From NCBI RefSeq assembly GCF_000315625.1, contig NW_005434638.1, positions 108,107 to 172,106 of the forward strand: a DNA stretch of 64,000 bases, written 5' to 3'. Below the pieces are notes generated by a model. That model was given only the letters and a program-made list of their open reading frames with translations. It did no database searches and was not told where the DNA came from. Source of the stretch: Guillardia theta CCMP2712 (Eukaryota > Protista > Cryptophyta). A program made the position numbers and the translations under genes. Positions 12,658 through 25,547 of this stretch are shown here, in pieces. The stretch's first letter is position 1. Each line of letters starts with the position of its first letter.

Positions 12658-13047
12658 CCCGACCCCCGATCCATCATCCCACCCCACCTCTCCCTGTTAC
12701 ACCACCCAACCAGCAAATTGATACTTTATTGCAGGACTACTTGGGGTTCATGGGTACTTTGATTGCCTACCCCTACCCACTCATGTTACGATCATACTCA
12801 TCCCCCTCATTCAAGTATGCCCTCATCCCCTCTACTCTCACATATCACCTTTACCCTCATCCCCTCCTTGCACTGGTGGCACGTGCGGTTTAGTAGAGGA
12901 GGCGTCGAGCAGCAAGGGGAACGTGGGGAAAGCAAAGCTAGGCAAGGAAGGGCTGCGACAAGAACAAGAGTTGAAGCAGGAGGAGGCAAGCGTACAAGTC
13001 TCCTTGCAGGAGCTCGATCATCTCCTTGCTCTCTGCACGCTCCGAAG

Positions 13048-14122
13048 ATGGTGAAGGAGAAACCATTCCCAACTCATGTCAGGGGTCACCCGGTGGTTCC
13101 TGAGAATGTCTTGCGCAAGAGGAAGACCTTGTCAGAGCTCAAGGAGAAACATGAAGAGCAGCTTGCTGCTCAACGAGCGAAGAGGACAACTGGTCCCACC
13201 GGTGTCATGTAAGAGAACAGCACCCTTATGTAACTGCCAACTGACATGGTGGGTAAGGTTCAAAAAAGCATCATATTTCATAAAAGAATATCGTCAGAAG
13301 CAGAAAAACATGCGGAGAATGAACAAACAGAAAAGAATAGAAGCCCCAGAAGGAGAAGACTCGAAGCTGGTGAGTTGCATGAGCTGTTTACCGCTGTCTT
13401 GCCATGGCTCACGTCCAAGTGGTAGCTACTCGTGATGAGGCACAAGGGCTCAAAGGGGTTGGACGATGAGACTAAGAAAATCTTGAACTTTCTTCACCTC
13501 CGAGAGGTAGAGCTCTCAGAGCCTCTCTCCTTCGCCTTCCGTCCTGACACGCTCGCCAGGTCAACTGCGCGAGTCTGATCCAGGCGAACTCCAAGAACCT
13601 CAAGATGATAAACCTCGTTGCTCCCTACATCAAGTACGGGGTGCCGACGTTGCAGACCCTGCGCGATCTCATCCAGAAGAGAGGATACACCAAGATCGAG
13701 GACAAGAAGATACCATTAACAGACAACCAGGTGCCCAACTCTTTGCCCGCTCCTTCCGCTCCCTCCTACCCGTTTACTGCCAGCGTGTTGATTTCTTTCC
13801 TCTTGACTTGGCCCTCAACGCTTGTGATGGCAAGAGACGTGATTTTTCTTGTGCTGCTGCCAGGTGATTGAGGACATGCTCGGAAACAAGGGGATCGTCT
13901 GTTTGGAGGATCTCATCAACGAGATCCACAACGTTGGGCCGAACTTCCTGGCTGCCGTCAAGATGCTGCAACCGTGAGAAAGATGGCGCGAGGAGGAAGG
14001 AGCGGGCGCTGACATGCATGGCGTGCAGGTTCAAGTTGAAGGCTCCTCGGACTGATGTGAAGACCAACTTCCGCGAGAGAAAGATGGAGGACATCAACGA
14101 CACCATCGCGAGGATGAACTGA
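13048..14122 (+). CDS. uL30/RPL7-family protein (RPL7 or the biogenesis paralogue RLP7/RPL7L1); multi-exon
   Basis: 'VVPENVLRKRK', 'FKKASYFIKEYR', 'LVAPYIKYGVPTLQTLRDLIQKRGY', 'IPLTDNQVIEDMLG...GIVCLEDLINEIHNVGPNF' and terminal 'INDTIARMN'. Confidence 0.85.
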
Positions 14123-14681
14123 GCTGGCAGTCCCCTGGACCGGCAGCTCAAGTTGTGCAGTGCTCTTGATCCTTGTAGAAGCTCGGCGTCGGCTGAGAGC
14201 TGTTATTTTATTTTCCATTCACCATTAAAGTCGATCGAGCACACTCCCATGCTCCTGCCCCGCTCGTTTGAATTCCTCGCTCCTGAATATTCTTTGCAAA
14301 GTTTCACTCAGCAAGGTTTCTCATCCCTACTCTAGCAATCTCACTTCTCTACCTCCTCCATCACACACCTTGTGATAGTTCTTGTTCCCTACCCCTGTCC
14401 CTTCCCCCTGTCCCCCTTCACCTCCCCGCCCCCTGCCTTGGCCTGCAAAAACCAAAAATCTTTTTTCTCGATACCTCCCACTCGACTTGCCCTCCCCGCC
14501 CCCCCCCTTCCCCTGATCAACCCCCCCCCGCCCTCCTCCCCCGGTAACGCCCATCTCGTCTCGTTCTCTCCCAACTCCCTGGTCCTCTCCTTCATCTCCA
14601 CAACTGCTTCTTGTCTTCCCCCCTGTCCTCTCATCTCCTCTCCTGCAGTTAGCTCCTGTCGGCCTCGAAGCCGCATTCACC

Positions 14682-15284
14682 ATGGGAAGAACTTCCGTAG
14701 CCTCCCTCAAGCAGCGCATGAACAAAGAGCAGTGCCCCGTCATCGTAACGTGGAATGTAGTGGAGTATCGGAAGGCAGCACAGAAGCACGTGGAGCAGAC
14801 AGACGTGGTGAGTGGACGGGAGCATGCGTTCAGCGTTATGTTGGGATGAGCTTGCCTGCAGGTGCTGGAAGTTGGATGCTGCGGCGGAACGACTACATCC
14901 ATCATAGGAAAGCAGTGCGACTTCACCATGGGCATCGACCAGACGCAGGCAGAGATCGACATCGCACGCAAGAGGTTCGGTCAGCCGGGACACGTGGAGT
15001 TCGAGGTTATGGATGCGTTCGACATGCCAGCAGTCCTTCGCATGCAGGAGAAGGTGGGGAGGAAGTTTAACAAAGTCTTCATAGACATCAACGGAAGCAG
15101 AGACATCGGCCCTGTCTGCGATTGTCTGGACAAGTACCAGAAAGTCCTGCGACCCGAGTTGATAGTTCTCAAGAGCATCAAGCTGAAGAACTTGTTGTAT
15201 CAGTGCGTACCATGGGATGAGGAGCATTCTGAACAGACAGAGGAGGCTGCAGAAGAAACGAAACCCAGCGAGGGGGCAGATTGA
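14682..15284 (+). CDS. Class I SAM-dependent methyltransferase-like protein; 2 exons
   Basis: ATG at 14682, intron ~14808-14861, then motif I 'VLEVGCCGG', 'MGID' and 'FEVMDAFD'. Confidence 0.7.
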
Positions 15285-17098
15285 CTTGATGCAAGACAGA
15301 GCAGCTTGACGGCAGGAGCTCATGGCAAGAGATGAAACGTCGGATTGTTGTTTGAGACCGATCCGACACGTGTACCAAAGGCGTCCCTTTCCACTTTGGC
15401 TTCTTCTTACATTGGTCTTGTGGGTCATGGACTAGTAGGGTGAGCGAGTAACGGAGGCAACTCGATTATGATGTCGATGCCGGGGAGATGTGCTTCGAGT
15501 CAAAAGACTTCTTGCAGTTCTCTCCAGGAAGCTCCGAAAGAGGTCAACAGCCCTCTTTTGCAAGGTTGTGACTTGTGTGTTGCAATGTGAAATATCGAAC
15601 AGTAGAAGCATGATTCTGATGCTTTAATCCATTGTAAAAACAGTTCGCAAAACACTCGAGATAGATTCCGCTACCTCTCGATCACTGATCGAGAACTCAA
15701 CCACACTTGGTCCGCTAATACTCGTTGTGATTGCATCTTGTACAAACAACCATTTCTAATGTCCTCTCCATATTTCATCTGACCCTCGGCGTCTCCGCAA
15801 AAACTTTGGAAAAGTTCCTCTGTTCTCAGGACAGATATATGAAGCTTAATATCGCTGGACAGATCTAGGTACTATTGCATGTGGGACTGTAAGGCCAGAT
15901 TTTTTTCCTATCTCAGCACCTACATTTAGATGAGTTTACTTGACTTGTTGGACTATGGCATGATCCTTACTGCATTGCCTCTCGAAGTCACCGAACACGT
16001 TGTGAAACTCTCAAACGAAATTTTACGAAACTGCTTTAAAGGACCTCTCTCGGACTTGAAGCAATTGCTATAGGGAACACGAAGAATTCCTGGACCTCTG
16101 GTCCTGACTATCCTTAAAATACTGCATAAAATACTCTACTAGCAGAGGCTTTCCGATTCTATGGATTCACTTGCCGAGACTAAATCCCTGGTATCCTCTA
16201 CCTGTGTTTTAATACCTTTCCATCCCTCACAGTCATTCATTTCGTTAAATCACTTCCATCAGGATGCCACCCGTCTTGTCTCTGGTCGCTCTCGGCCATT
16301 CCTAACGTAGTCGCATTCGCCTGTCTATCACGCTGACCATCACGCGGCGCAGCGGCTCTAGGCGACACCCTTGCATTGTGAATACCCCGAGGCGGGCTCC
16401 GCAATTGCTCGTATGGGGCTCCGCATGGGTCCCGGGTCTTAGGAGATGGCCAGAGGGGGAGCTCGGGGTAGGGTGGTATTATAAATCAGTTATAAATTAC
16501 TTGAGGGTGGGGTGATATCCTTTCTTCGGAGGGGTACTAATAGGATTTTAGGGGGTCCTCGCCCTTGTTGCACTGGGGTAGGGGGTGAGTGAAGTGTGCA
16601 AGCGTGCAGGGAATGGTCGCAATTGCAGGTAGGGGTGGGCTAAAATAGTAGGGTAGTCCATGGAAAATGAGGAGGTAGGGGTACATGAGTTTGGGAAATA
16701 TCGTAGGGGTAGGGGCAAGAAGAGGGGGCGAAGACACAAGGTGAAGGGATAACAGTTAAGATGGTTAATTTCTTAATTGAGATACTAGGTAAAAAGACGA
16801 TAGCTTCCTACCTCTCATTGAAAACACACCTCAACGACATCTACTGGTAACCCTACGGCCAAAGAGTACCAGGCAGCACCCACTCACTACCCTGACCCTG
16901 TCTATCTACAACAATAGATGATGATACCCCTCATTTTCCCCATTTCTCACTATCATGAAGTCTTGATTCTTCTACCCCCACCCCCTATGCAAATACCCCC
17001 ACCCACTGTTGGCTATCTTCACACCCCACCCTCCAATCTTCACCAATCTCTCTTTAGCCTCACCCCTGCACCCCCTGCTCACGGCCTCCTCGTTCGGC

Positions 17099-17770
17099 AT
17101 GCGCTCCCTCCCCGTTCTGTTTCTCGCGGTCACCGCGGCCTCCGCCTTCGTCCCCCCCCTCAAGAACCCCTTCCCCGCCCTCTTCGGCATCTCTCCTTGC
17201 AACCTCCCATGCATCGCTTCGTCTAGACCGGTATTCCACTCTTGCACGGCCTATCGTGCTTATGCTTGATTTCGCACGTGTACTGCTCGCCAGGATAATT
17301 TGTTCCTGAGGCTATGTTTGTGTGATGTTGTGAATGCTTGCTTGTCTTGCATGCTCTTAGTAAACTTGCTTTGCTTGATTGCTGACTTCCAAGCCTTGTA
17401 GGTTGCTCGCTTTGCAGGATTGTCGATGCAAGAATTGGATCCCAACAAGTGCTTCGTGAGCGGACTTCCCTGGGCATTGACGTCGGAGGATCTTCGTGAC
17501 GTACGATATTTCTTGTTTGCTTATCCTTCAGCTAATTTGTCCTTTCAGCTCTTCGCCGAGTTCGGGGCCATCCAGGATGCGAATGTTGTTTATGATCGCG
17601 AGACTGGACGCAGCAGGGGATTTGGCTTTGTGACCTTCGCTGAATCAGCTGACTGCGAAGCCGCCATCACCGCCATGGATAAGGCTAACATTGGAGGAAG
17701 AACTGTCTTGGTCAAGCAAGCCAACGTGCGCGAAGCTCGTCCCGACAGGAACAGGATGCGATCAGATTAA
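17099..17770 (+). CDS. Single-RRM RNA-binding protein with plastid-type bipartite leader; multi-exon
   Basis: Leader MRSLPVLFLAVTAASA-FVPP (ASAF motif). RNP2 'CFVSGL' and RNP1 'RGFGFVTF'. Confidence 0.8.
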
Positions 17771-17944
17771 GTCGTTGGTGTGTCTCGTATAGTTTTCCTT
17801 TGTCGAGAGTTTGAGTTGCATGTAGCATAGTGTTTTGCATTTTTTCAATGTTGAATTGCTCGTTTCATGATGGCAAACTCAGCCAGATTTAAAGCATTCC
17901 CAAGTTGTGTGAGAAGTAAACTTGCTCTTTGAGTAACTCCTCTC

Positions 17945-20853
17945 TTACTTCCAGATCCAACAGTCTGTTAACTTCACTTCGCACAAACAGAACTTTCCGA
18001 TCGCCAATGCTGGAATAAGACGATCATTCTTTGGACAATTCAGCTGTAGAATCAATTAGACGAAGATTTGAGAGAACGAGCACAAGGCAGATGTAGAGGG
18101 AAAGGGAGGGGTGACATGAGAGAAGAAAGCAAGAGAAAGCGAAGAAGAGGAGGGAAGGAGGGAGGGAGGGGGGAGAGGAGCTGGAGGAGGATGAGGTTAC
18201 CTTCTGTACAAGTCGATCATGTATTGTGAACATCAATCTCCCATTCACTCTGTCATACCACACCTTGTTCGGGCTGGTTAGCTTCAAACTTTGTTTTCCC
18301 TCGCAATCAACACCTGAACTCGCACGCCAAGTTCCACCCTCAGTGAATTTCTGCTCAAGTCCAGCATCCAGCTGACTTGTATACCCGCAGTGACTGAGCC
18401 TCTTGTCCCTTGCTGCTCCTCCACCGCTGCTTCCTCCTCCACTTCGTCGCTGCGCGTCACCGCGTCTCCTGCGCTCGCTCCATAGCTACTCATCCACTCC
18501 TGTACTTGACCTGCTTGTACGGCTCCCACGTGCACCTGAAGGTTGTCCTCGACCTGCAGCAGGTGAAACTCCCAGCCGTACGCGCTGATACCATCGATGT
18601 GGACGCTGGAGATGTAGACGAAATCTTCACTGGCGCTGAAGGTGAAGGACTCCGTGTAGTGTCTCTTGCACACCATGGCCCCTACCTCCTTGATGTACAG
18701 CTCTGTGCTCGTTCTCTCCTGGGAGAAGCATATGGGGGGGCCGAACAAGACCCGGAAGGAGCTCTCCAGCTGGACCATCAGGGGCTTCTGCACGTAGAAG
18801 GACTCGTACGCTGCTATCCCGATCTCGCAGTCCGCCGTCCCTGTCCCTAGCCGCTCGATGAAGAGACTCCGAAGCTCCTTGCAAGAGAGTTTGAAAGTCT
18901 CATCGAGGTATACCCCTCCCCTGCCCCTCTTGAGGTTGGCTACGAGGCGTTGTTGGAAGATTGACCCCGAGTTGGTTATCCAGTGGTTCCTTCCCCTCGT
19001 TATGCTCGTGACCAATGTGACCTCGGGAGCTACCGACAGTGAATCTTCATGATACTCCTGCTTGCAAGCGGAAGAGGAGAGAAACACCCTATCCTGCCCT
19101 GCCGTGTGCTCCGGACTGCTCAGGTTGAGCATGATGATCTTGGGTCTGTCCGGTATCGCCCGACAGAGCAGCTCTATTATCTCCTTGATGTACACAAACT
19201 GCTGGAAATCTTCGACAACGGAGCGACGAGGGTCGGGCGAGCACCAGAAGCCTCCGGGAGACCCGAGGGACTGAACGTAGAGGAGGAAGCAGTCCGAGTC
19301 GTCGAGGTTGCCGTCGGGTCGCAGCGCCGTCGAGAGCTCCTGCAGCAGCGACATGCTGCTTGCTCGAGTCAAGTTTGACTTGAGGTCAACCTTGGGGAAG
19401 CCGAGCTGGGGAAGGGATCTGACGAGGACGTCGCAGTCAGCCCGAGCATTCTTGGCGTTGTCCGGGTTGGAAGCCTGGATGACTTGTTCGTAGAGGAGGA
19501 GGAGCGCAAACCCGTTGGTCACTCTCCTGCATGCTCTCTCCTGCCGCTGCTCCTTCTGCTCCAGCAGCTCACTGGCGCTGGTCAGATCCTCGTCCCTCGT
19601 GTGAGTGACTCTGATCTCGGCGAGGCTGGGCCAAGGGGAGGAGCCTGTCCTGTCATCGTGCAGGCGCTGCAGAAGATCCTCTACAGGATCTTTGTCGGGG
19701 AGAGGGTATTGAGTTCCATCGTCTGTTTCCGACATCATCTCCTCAAGAGCATCTGCCGTCGTCATAAAACCATCGCCAATGCTCCTGGAAGTGTTCCTTC
19801 CTGTAGTGAGAAGTTCTCCGTTCCTTCCTGTAGTGAGAAGTTCTCGTGCGTCCACCTCAGACATACCCGACGGCGGCTGCTCGGGAGGTACGGCATGTGC
19901 GACTGCGCTGTCGTGTCGTTGGCCTTCACTCGCCGTCTGCTGCTCGGCGTGCTCCTCTCTTCTCATTCTCTTCTCCAGCATGTCTTGTATCAGCTCGTCC
20001 AGCTGGCTGATCTGCTACGTGATCCTCGTCACGGACTGACATGACAAAAGTCTTCAGAACCTGAGCCGGTGAAAATTTGTCATCGTCCGAAAGGTCATCA
20101 ACCAACCAACTGAAGCGAGCATGTCACAACAGGAAGCTCAACAGTCAGCGGGAAGTAACGTTCTCAGCTCTTACATGTCATGCTGGTGTGAGGGTGTGTC
20201 GGTGAGGGTCTTAGATGCCCCTCCTCTACTTCATTGTCATTGTAAGATCCTCGAACAATCGCTTCTGCCTCACATTCCCAGCTGCTCGATGTTAAGGCCT
20301 GCTTCCATGGCAGCCAGCAGCCCCTGAGGGAACAGTCAACAACGACCGCAGCTGCATGCTCGGGACCTCCGTCTCCTCGGTGACGTCGGAGGACACGCTT
20401 CGTAGGGTTTGCTGCAGTAGGGTGAGAACAGGGAGGGGAGGGGAGAGAGGGGAGTGGGGAGGACCATGGCGTCTTGTTCGTGCTTGAAACCAAGAGACTC
20501 TGCAGACTCCCAGAGGTGTTGTGCAAGAGAATAATGTCCGTTGAGAAAGAGCTTGTCAAAGATGTTCTTTCCCTCCTTGTCCTGCCTCAACCATCATCAA
20601 GGAAACCAAACAAGTGCAAGTACAAGCCAGCAGTGATCACCTTGCTGTTGACATCAGCTCCGTGGTTGAGGAGTGCGAGCACAACTTCCTTGTTTCCTCG
20701 CATGGCGGCGATGAGCAGCAAGGAGTTTCCGTCGTCATCTTTGCTCTCAAGGTCCGCCTTGGCGCTGAGGAGCAGGTCGAAAACGTCGCACCTCCTCTCC
20801 ATGACAGCGAGAGCAAGCAGAGAGTTCACACCGCTCTGATCCTTGGAGGACAT
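17945..20853 (-). CDS. Ankyrin-repeat + degenerate caspase-like (peptidase C14 fold) + SPRY-like protein; multi-exon
   Basis: Ankyrin repeats at 20587-20853 ('DDDGNSLLLIAAMRGNKEVVLALLNHGADVN'). The large exon has caspase-like segments 'DDSDCFLLYVQSLG', 'RPKIIMLNLS' and 'GSIFQQRLVANL'. Linkage of the exons is inferred from splice sites. Confidence 0.55.
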
Positions 20854-20936
20854 GCTGATCCTTCTCCTTCCTTCACTTGCTCCTCCCCTCCACCTTACCT
20901 GCTCCTCCTCCTCTCTCCCTTGTTTCCTCTACTTCC

Positions 20937-20968
<32 letters not shown>

Positions 20969-21316
20969 CTCCTCTTCCCCTTACAATCCCCCCCGCCCCC
21001 CACCTTCGCCTCCTTCCCTTGCTGTTGCAATGCTCCGCCTCCCGCAAACCTGGTAGGAACGGACGGGGATGGGAAATACCCTGGACGACCAGCAGGACTA
21101 GCAAGAATGGAGGGCAGGGGGGGAGAGGGAGCGGGGGGGGGGGGGGGGGGCAGAGGGAAATTGGGAGATCAGAAAGGAGGAAGAGGAAGGGAAGAGGAGG
21201 AAGAGGAAGTGAGGGAGGAGGGCAGAGTTGAAGATGAGCAAGAGCCTGACGTCGATGGTGTGGACAAGAAAGGGAACAAAGAGACCCCTGTGTTCATTAA
21301 AGCTGTAAAGTTTCAT

Positions 21317-23020
21317 TCATTGCTTCTCTACCATCATGTGCTTTGATATTATCTCGCCATACGGGCCATAAGTCGCCTCCTGCTCCTTCTCCCCCCCCTC
21401 CCCCTGCCGTCACAAGCATGAGGAGGAAGCAGCACAAACCAACGCAGAACCTCTTGCGGTCGATGCAGAGACTTGGAGAGTTTGGAGATGATATTGTTGA
21501 ACTTGATGACCTTCTGCTTCCTATCTTAGACCCCTCCCTCTCCCCCTCCCCCTCCCCCTCCCTCTCCCCCTCCCTCTCCCCCTCCTCCTCCCCGTCCTTC
21601 TCCTCTTGCTCTCCCACTTGCTGAATCTCCTCTTCGTCTTGCCCCTCCTGCTTCTGCCAATCTTGCTGCTCCTGCTCCTGCTCCTGGCCCTCCCCCTGCT
21701 CCCTCCTGCCCCTTCCCATGTAGCTACTCTGCCGTGCCTCAACCCTCTTGCTCTCCCTCCCTCTGCTCCGCACTGCCATTGCTCACCTGCCATGCTGGGC
21801 TGTGGATGGGAAAACGAGAGACCTTGGGCCCCACGAAATGATCGTACACGTTGGTGGCGAGGATGATCCGCCGCCTGTAGGAGAGAGGTGATTTAGGAGG
21901 GAGCATACATTGAAGGGCAAGAGGAAGGAGGCGGATAGCCAGAGAAGGAAGAGCACGAGGAGGAGGAGGTGGTGGTGGTGGTGGCAGAGGAGGAGGACGA
22001 GGAGCACTATCAGAATGAAGGGAGGAGGAGGAGAGGAGGAGGATGAGGATGACGATGAGGATAAGGAGGATGAGGATGACGATGACGATGACGATGAGGG
22101 GCAGCAGCAGCAGGAGAAGCAGGAGGACAGACTTGCTCGGCGGTTGGATTTTCTTCACCCTTGAGCTGACATTTGCCATTCACTTTGGATCCGGGTCAAT
22201 GGAGTTGTACCTGCAGTGGGGAAGAGACCCGTCGATGATGATGCTCCTGTTGAACTTGTACTCCACCCTCTGCCAGTTCTTCGCCTCCTCTTCCTCCGTG
22301 TACTCATCCTCTACTGCGTTCGCTCCTCCCACATGTGCCCCCTGCAGCACTCATGACAAGACAAGCTCAACCTTCTCTCCATCCTTCCCCCCCTGCCCCC
22401 CGACTTCCTGCACCTTCCCCTCTCCCTGTTGACCCCCATCCTCTCATTCCCGCCCTCTCTCCCTTCCCTCCCTCCCTTCCCTCCCCCTCCTCACCTTGTA
22501 TCCGGTCCGCACATAGTGCGACAGTCCATCTCGGTTCGCCAGGAACTCTCCTCCCTAGAGCACTTGTTATCCCCCCGCAGGAACATGGTGCTTCCCCACC
22601 TCACAGTCTGCGCGCCCCAGGTGAATGGTCGCTGAATACATGGGGAAAAAGATGACGTTGTGCTGTCAAGAGTCGTGAGAGGCGATGGCCTCCTCCCGTC
22701 TCGTCGCCCTCCTTCTCCTTCTGCTCCTGCTCGTTTTGCTTCTTCTCCTCCTTCTCCTTCTCCTTCTCCTTCTCCTTCTCCTGCTCTTCATGCTCACCTG
22801 ATAGCGTTGAAACTCCGCGAAGTCGATATGGTAGTCACACCTGCCAGCAAGTCACCGGTGACTTTTCGCGCCATTTCAGCCTTGCCGGTTTCCTTCCCCT
22901 CCTGTCAGGCACCAGACCTGGACACAAGATGAGAATTTCAGGCAATGAGAAGAATGAGTAGTGTAAGGAAAGGAAAAGGGAAGAGGAGGGAAAGTGAGGG
23001 GGTTTGAAGGGGCAAGGAAC

Positions 23021-23057
<37 letters not shown>

Positions 23058-23833
23058 GGCAGGAGCAGGAGCAGGGGCAGGAGCAGGAGCAGGAGCAGGG
23101 GCAGGAGCAGGAGCAGGAGCATCAGCAGGAGCAGAAGGACCTCGAATCCATGAACTTTGTTGAGCATAAGCTCACTCCATGCGCTATCATTATCCCCCAA
23201 CGATTCTGCCTGCTGCTCGAGTCACCCTACCTTCTTGTGCTGTCATGTCACATGTACAGCAGTGAAGAGATGAGGAGCGCGGTGAGCTACGCTCTCAAAC
23301 CACAGATGCTTCACGCAGGCGGCAGCCAACCTCAACTCTTGCGTCGCCTCCTGCATGAGCGACATGAGCCGGCGACGGCGAGCCGGGAGCAGACCTGGCA
23401 GTGCAGGATGTCGCTAGTGTGCAGGTAGAGACCCCAAGGCTTCCCCTCCTTCTCTTCCATGGCGAACTTGTAGACCTAAGGAGCTCATCACCTTCACTGA
23501 TACTCGCCCGCCATCCCTCGCACTTGGTCTGCAAGCTCCTCTGGAACTACATCCTCCAACACCGTGACGGAGTTCCTGCAAGGGATCGGCGGCAGAGCAG
23601 CTAGAGGGAGCCAGTGAGGAGGAGGAGCATCGAAAGCAAGCTTGCAAGACGACCGATGGAAGGGGACTCGTATCTCGCAGAGGGCGGCCAGGCGTCGTTG
23701 ACGGGGATACATTCGTAGCCTGCAATGGAGGTCAGAGGTTGCCCCCTGTTTCGGCGGGATCACCAGCAGGTGCTCGTTGGAAGACGTCGAAGTCTTCGTC
23801 GCTGTCCGACGAGTCGGTCGCAGCTGCCTGCAT
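21317..23833 (-). CDS. 2OG-Fe(II) oxygenase-like protein; many short exons, start uncertain (may extend to ~23993)
   Basis: Hand-spliced product contains 'YHIDFAE' (HxD), 'YSATIHLG...GGEF', 'VEYKFNRSIIIDGSLPH' (distal His) and 'RRIILATNV'. Confidence 0.65.
23021..23135. repeat. (CAGGAG)n-type microsatellite, intronic
   Basis: Direct tandem repeat within a predicted intron of the oxygenase gene. Confidence 0.8.
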
Positions 23834-24400
23834 GCAGAGACTGGAAGAGACGCAGAGTCACACTCCGCTAGCCTTTGGCTGCTCCACGATGAGAATACCA
23901 CAAATTTCCCCTCCCTTCCTCCTCTCCTCCCTGTCCTCCTACTCTTCTCCTTCTGGCTTCTCGTCCTAGCTCCTCATCTGTCTCCTCCTTCATGCTCAGT
24001 CCTCCTGCTCTCCCGCCACTGGCCTCCGACCTCTCCCCGCCTCCCTTCTGGTTGGCCTTTTCATGCCATGATTGTTGGGGAGCTTAACAGTACCCCAGGT
24101 TGAAGCATCTATAGGACCGGTACTGAAAGCCCGACAATTTAAGAGTGACGTCAAGTGTAATGCTGGATGAGGGGGAGGAGGAGGAGGAGGAGGAGGAGGA
24201 GGAGGAGCCGGAGCATGGCGAGAGAGCAGATAGATAAGTCGATGAGGGAGCAGGAGGAAGTCAACGCAAGGAGCGTCTAGACACATCAGACGGTTGAATG
24301 GAAACCTGATGAGGGGAGGAGAGGTTTGAAAACACTCGGAGCATTGTTTTTACTCATTCTCTCTGACTCCATTGCTATCAGACCTTCTCCTTCTTCACCG

Positions 24401-25452
24401 ATGAAGCTCTTGTTCACAGCCTCCATCTTCTTCATCCTGTTGGCCTGCTGCCGTCCAGTCTCAAGTCTCGATCTTCCTGACGCATGGAAGAAAGTCCTCG
24501 ACCAAAGCTCTGGTAAGCACTACTACTGGAACACGTTGAGCGGAGAGACCCAATGGGAGAGGCCATGGAGCATGAAAGAAGAAGAGTTGGATGACCTCGA
24601 CGACATGGTCACCGGCGCAGGGATCGAAGAGTAAGGGGAGAGCCTGTGGGGGGTCATTGCTCCTTACCTGGCGTTACAGGATCGACCACCAGGTGCTACA
24701 GCCGACCACTGAGACGTCCGACGATCTCTTCGATTACAGTGAGGGAGTCTCCGAGCAGCTGAAAGAGGACGCCAAGAAGGCGAGGGAGGCAAGCATGAAG
24801 AAGCAGGGATCCGACGGACAACGCAAGCCTTCAGCGGACAAGGTCAAGGAGGAAAAAGAGGTTTTTTCATTGGAATATCATATCGGGTGTTCTGACGGCC
24901 CACTAGGAGACAGGCGTTCTTTCTGAGAGCTTCTTCCGTAAGGCAGACGCGGACGGGAACGGAGGATTGGATGAGAAGGAGTTTGCCAAGGCCCTGAAGC
25001 AGCTGAACTTCTCCCTGGACGGCAACGAGGAGCAGCAGGAGCTGAAGGAATTCTTCGAAGCCAAGGGCAAGCACGGAAAGGCTCTGCTGGGATGGCAGGA
25101 ATGGAAGGTTCTCATTGAAGATCTGATGGCTTCCGACCACGACGACAAGGGTCACTTGGCCCAGCAGCACGGGAAGGAGCATCGAGGGGAAGAGGGCAGT
25201 CCGCAAATCGGAGAGTACGACAAGGAGGTCTTCAACTCCTTCGACTTGGATGGCTCAGGAGAGCTCGACCGCCACGAGCTCCTCGTCCTTCTGCGGAACC
25301 GAGATGCTCCTGAAGTAGCGGAAGGGTCTTACAACGCAATGATGGAGGAGCTGGACAAGGATGGCAACGGGGCCCTGTCCTTGCACGAATGGTATCGCGA
25401 TGTTTCGCCGGGAGACTTCGTGGATCTCTTGAGAGGGCAACGCAAAGCTTGA
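24401..25452 (+). CDS. Signal peptide + WW domain + EF-hand protein; 3 exons
   Basis: Hydrophobic leader MKLLFTASIFFILLACCRPVSS. WW domain 'LPDAW...HYYWNTLSGETQWERP'. EF loops DADGNGGLDEKE, DLDGSGELDRHE and DKDGNGALSLHE. Confidence 0.75.
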
Positions 25453-25547
25453 TCGATTAAATTGTAGCTTGATTTCTTTTCTTAAATGGATGTACAGCTT
25501 TCCCCAACGAACCAGTAATCATATGAACACCGACGTGAAGACGTATG

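Noticed and set aside
19793-19845. 27-bp-period tandem duplication (ELLTTGRN twice)
   Set aside because: Simple in-frame duplication in a disordered linker.
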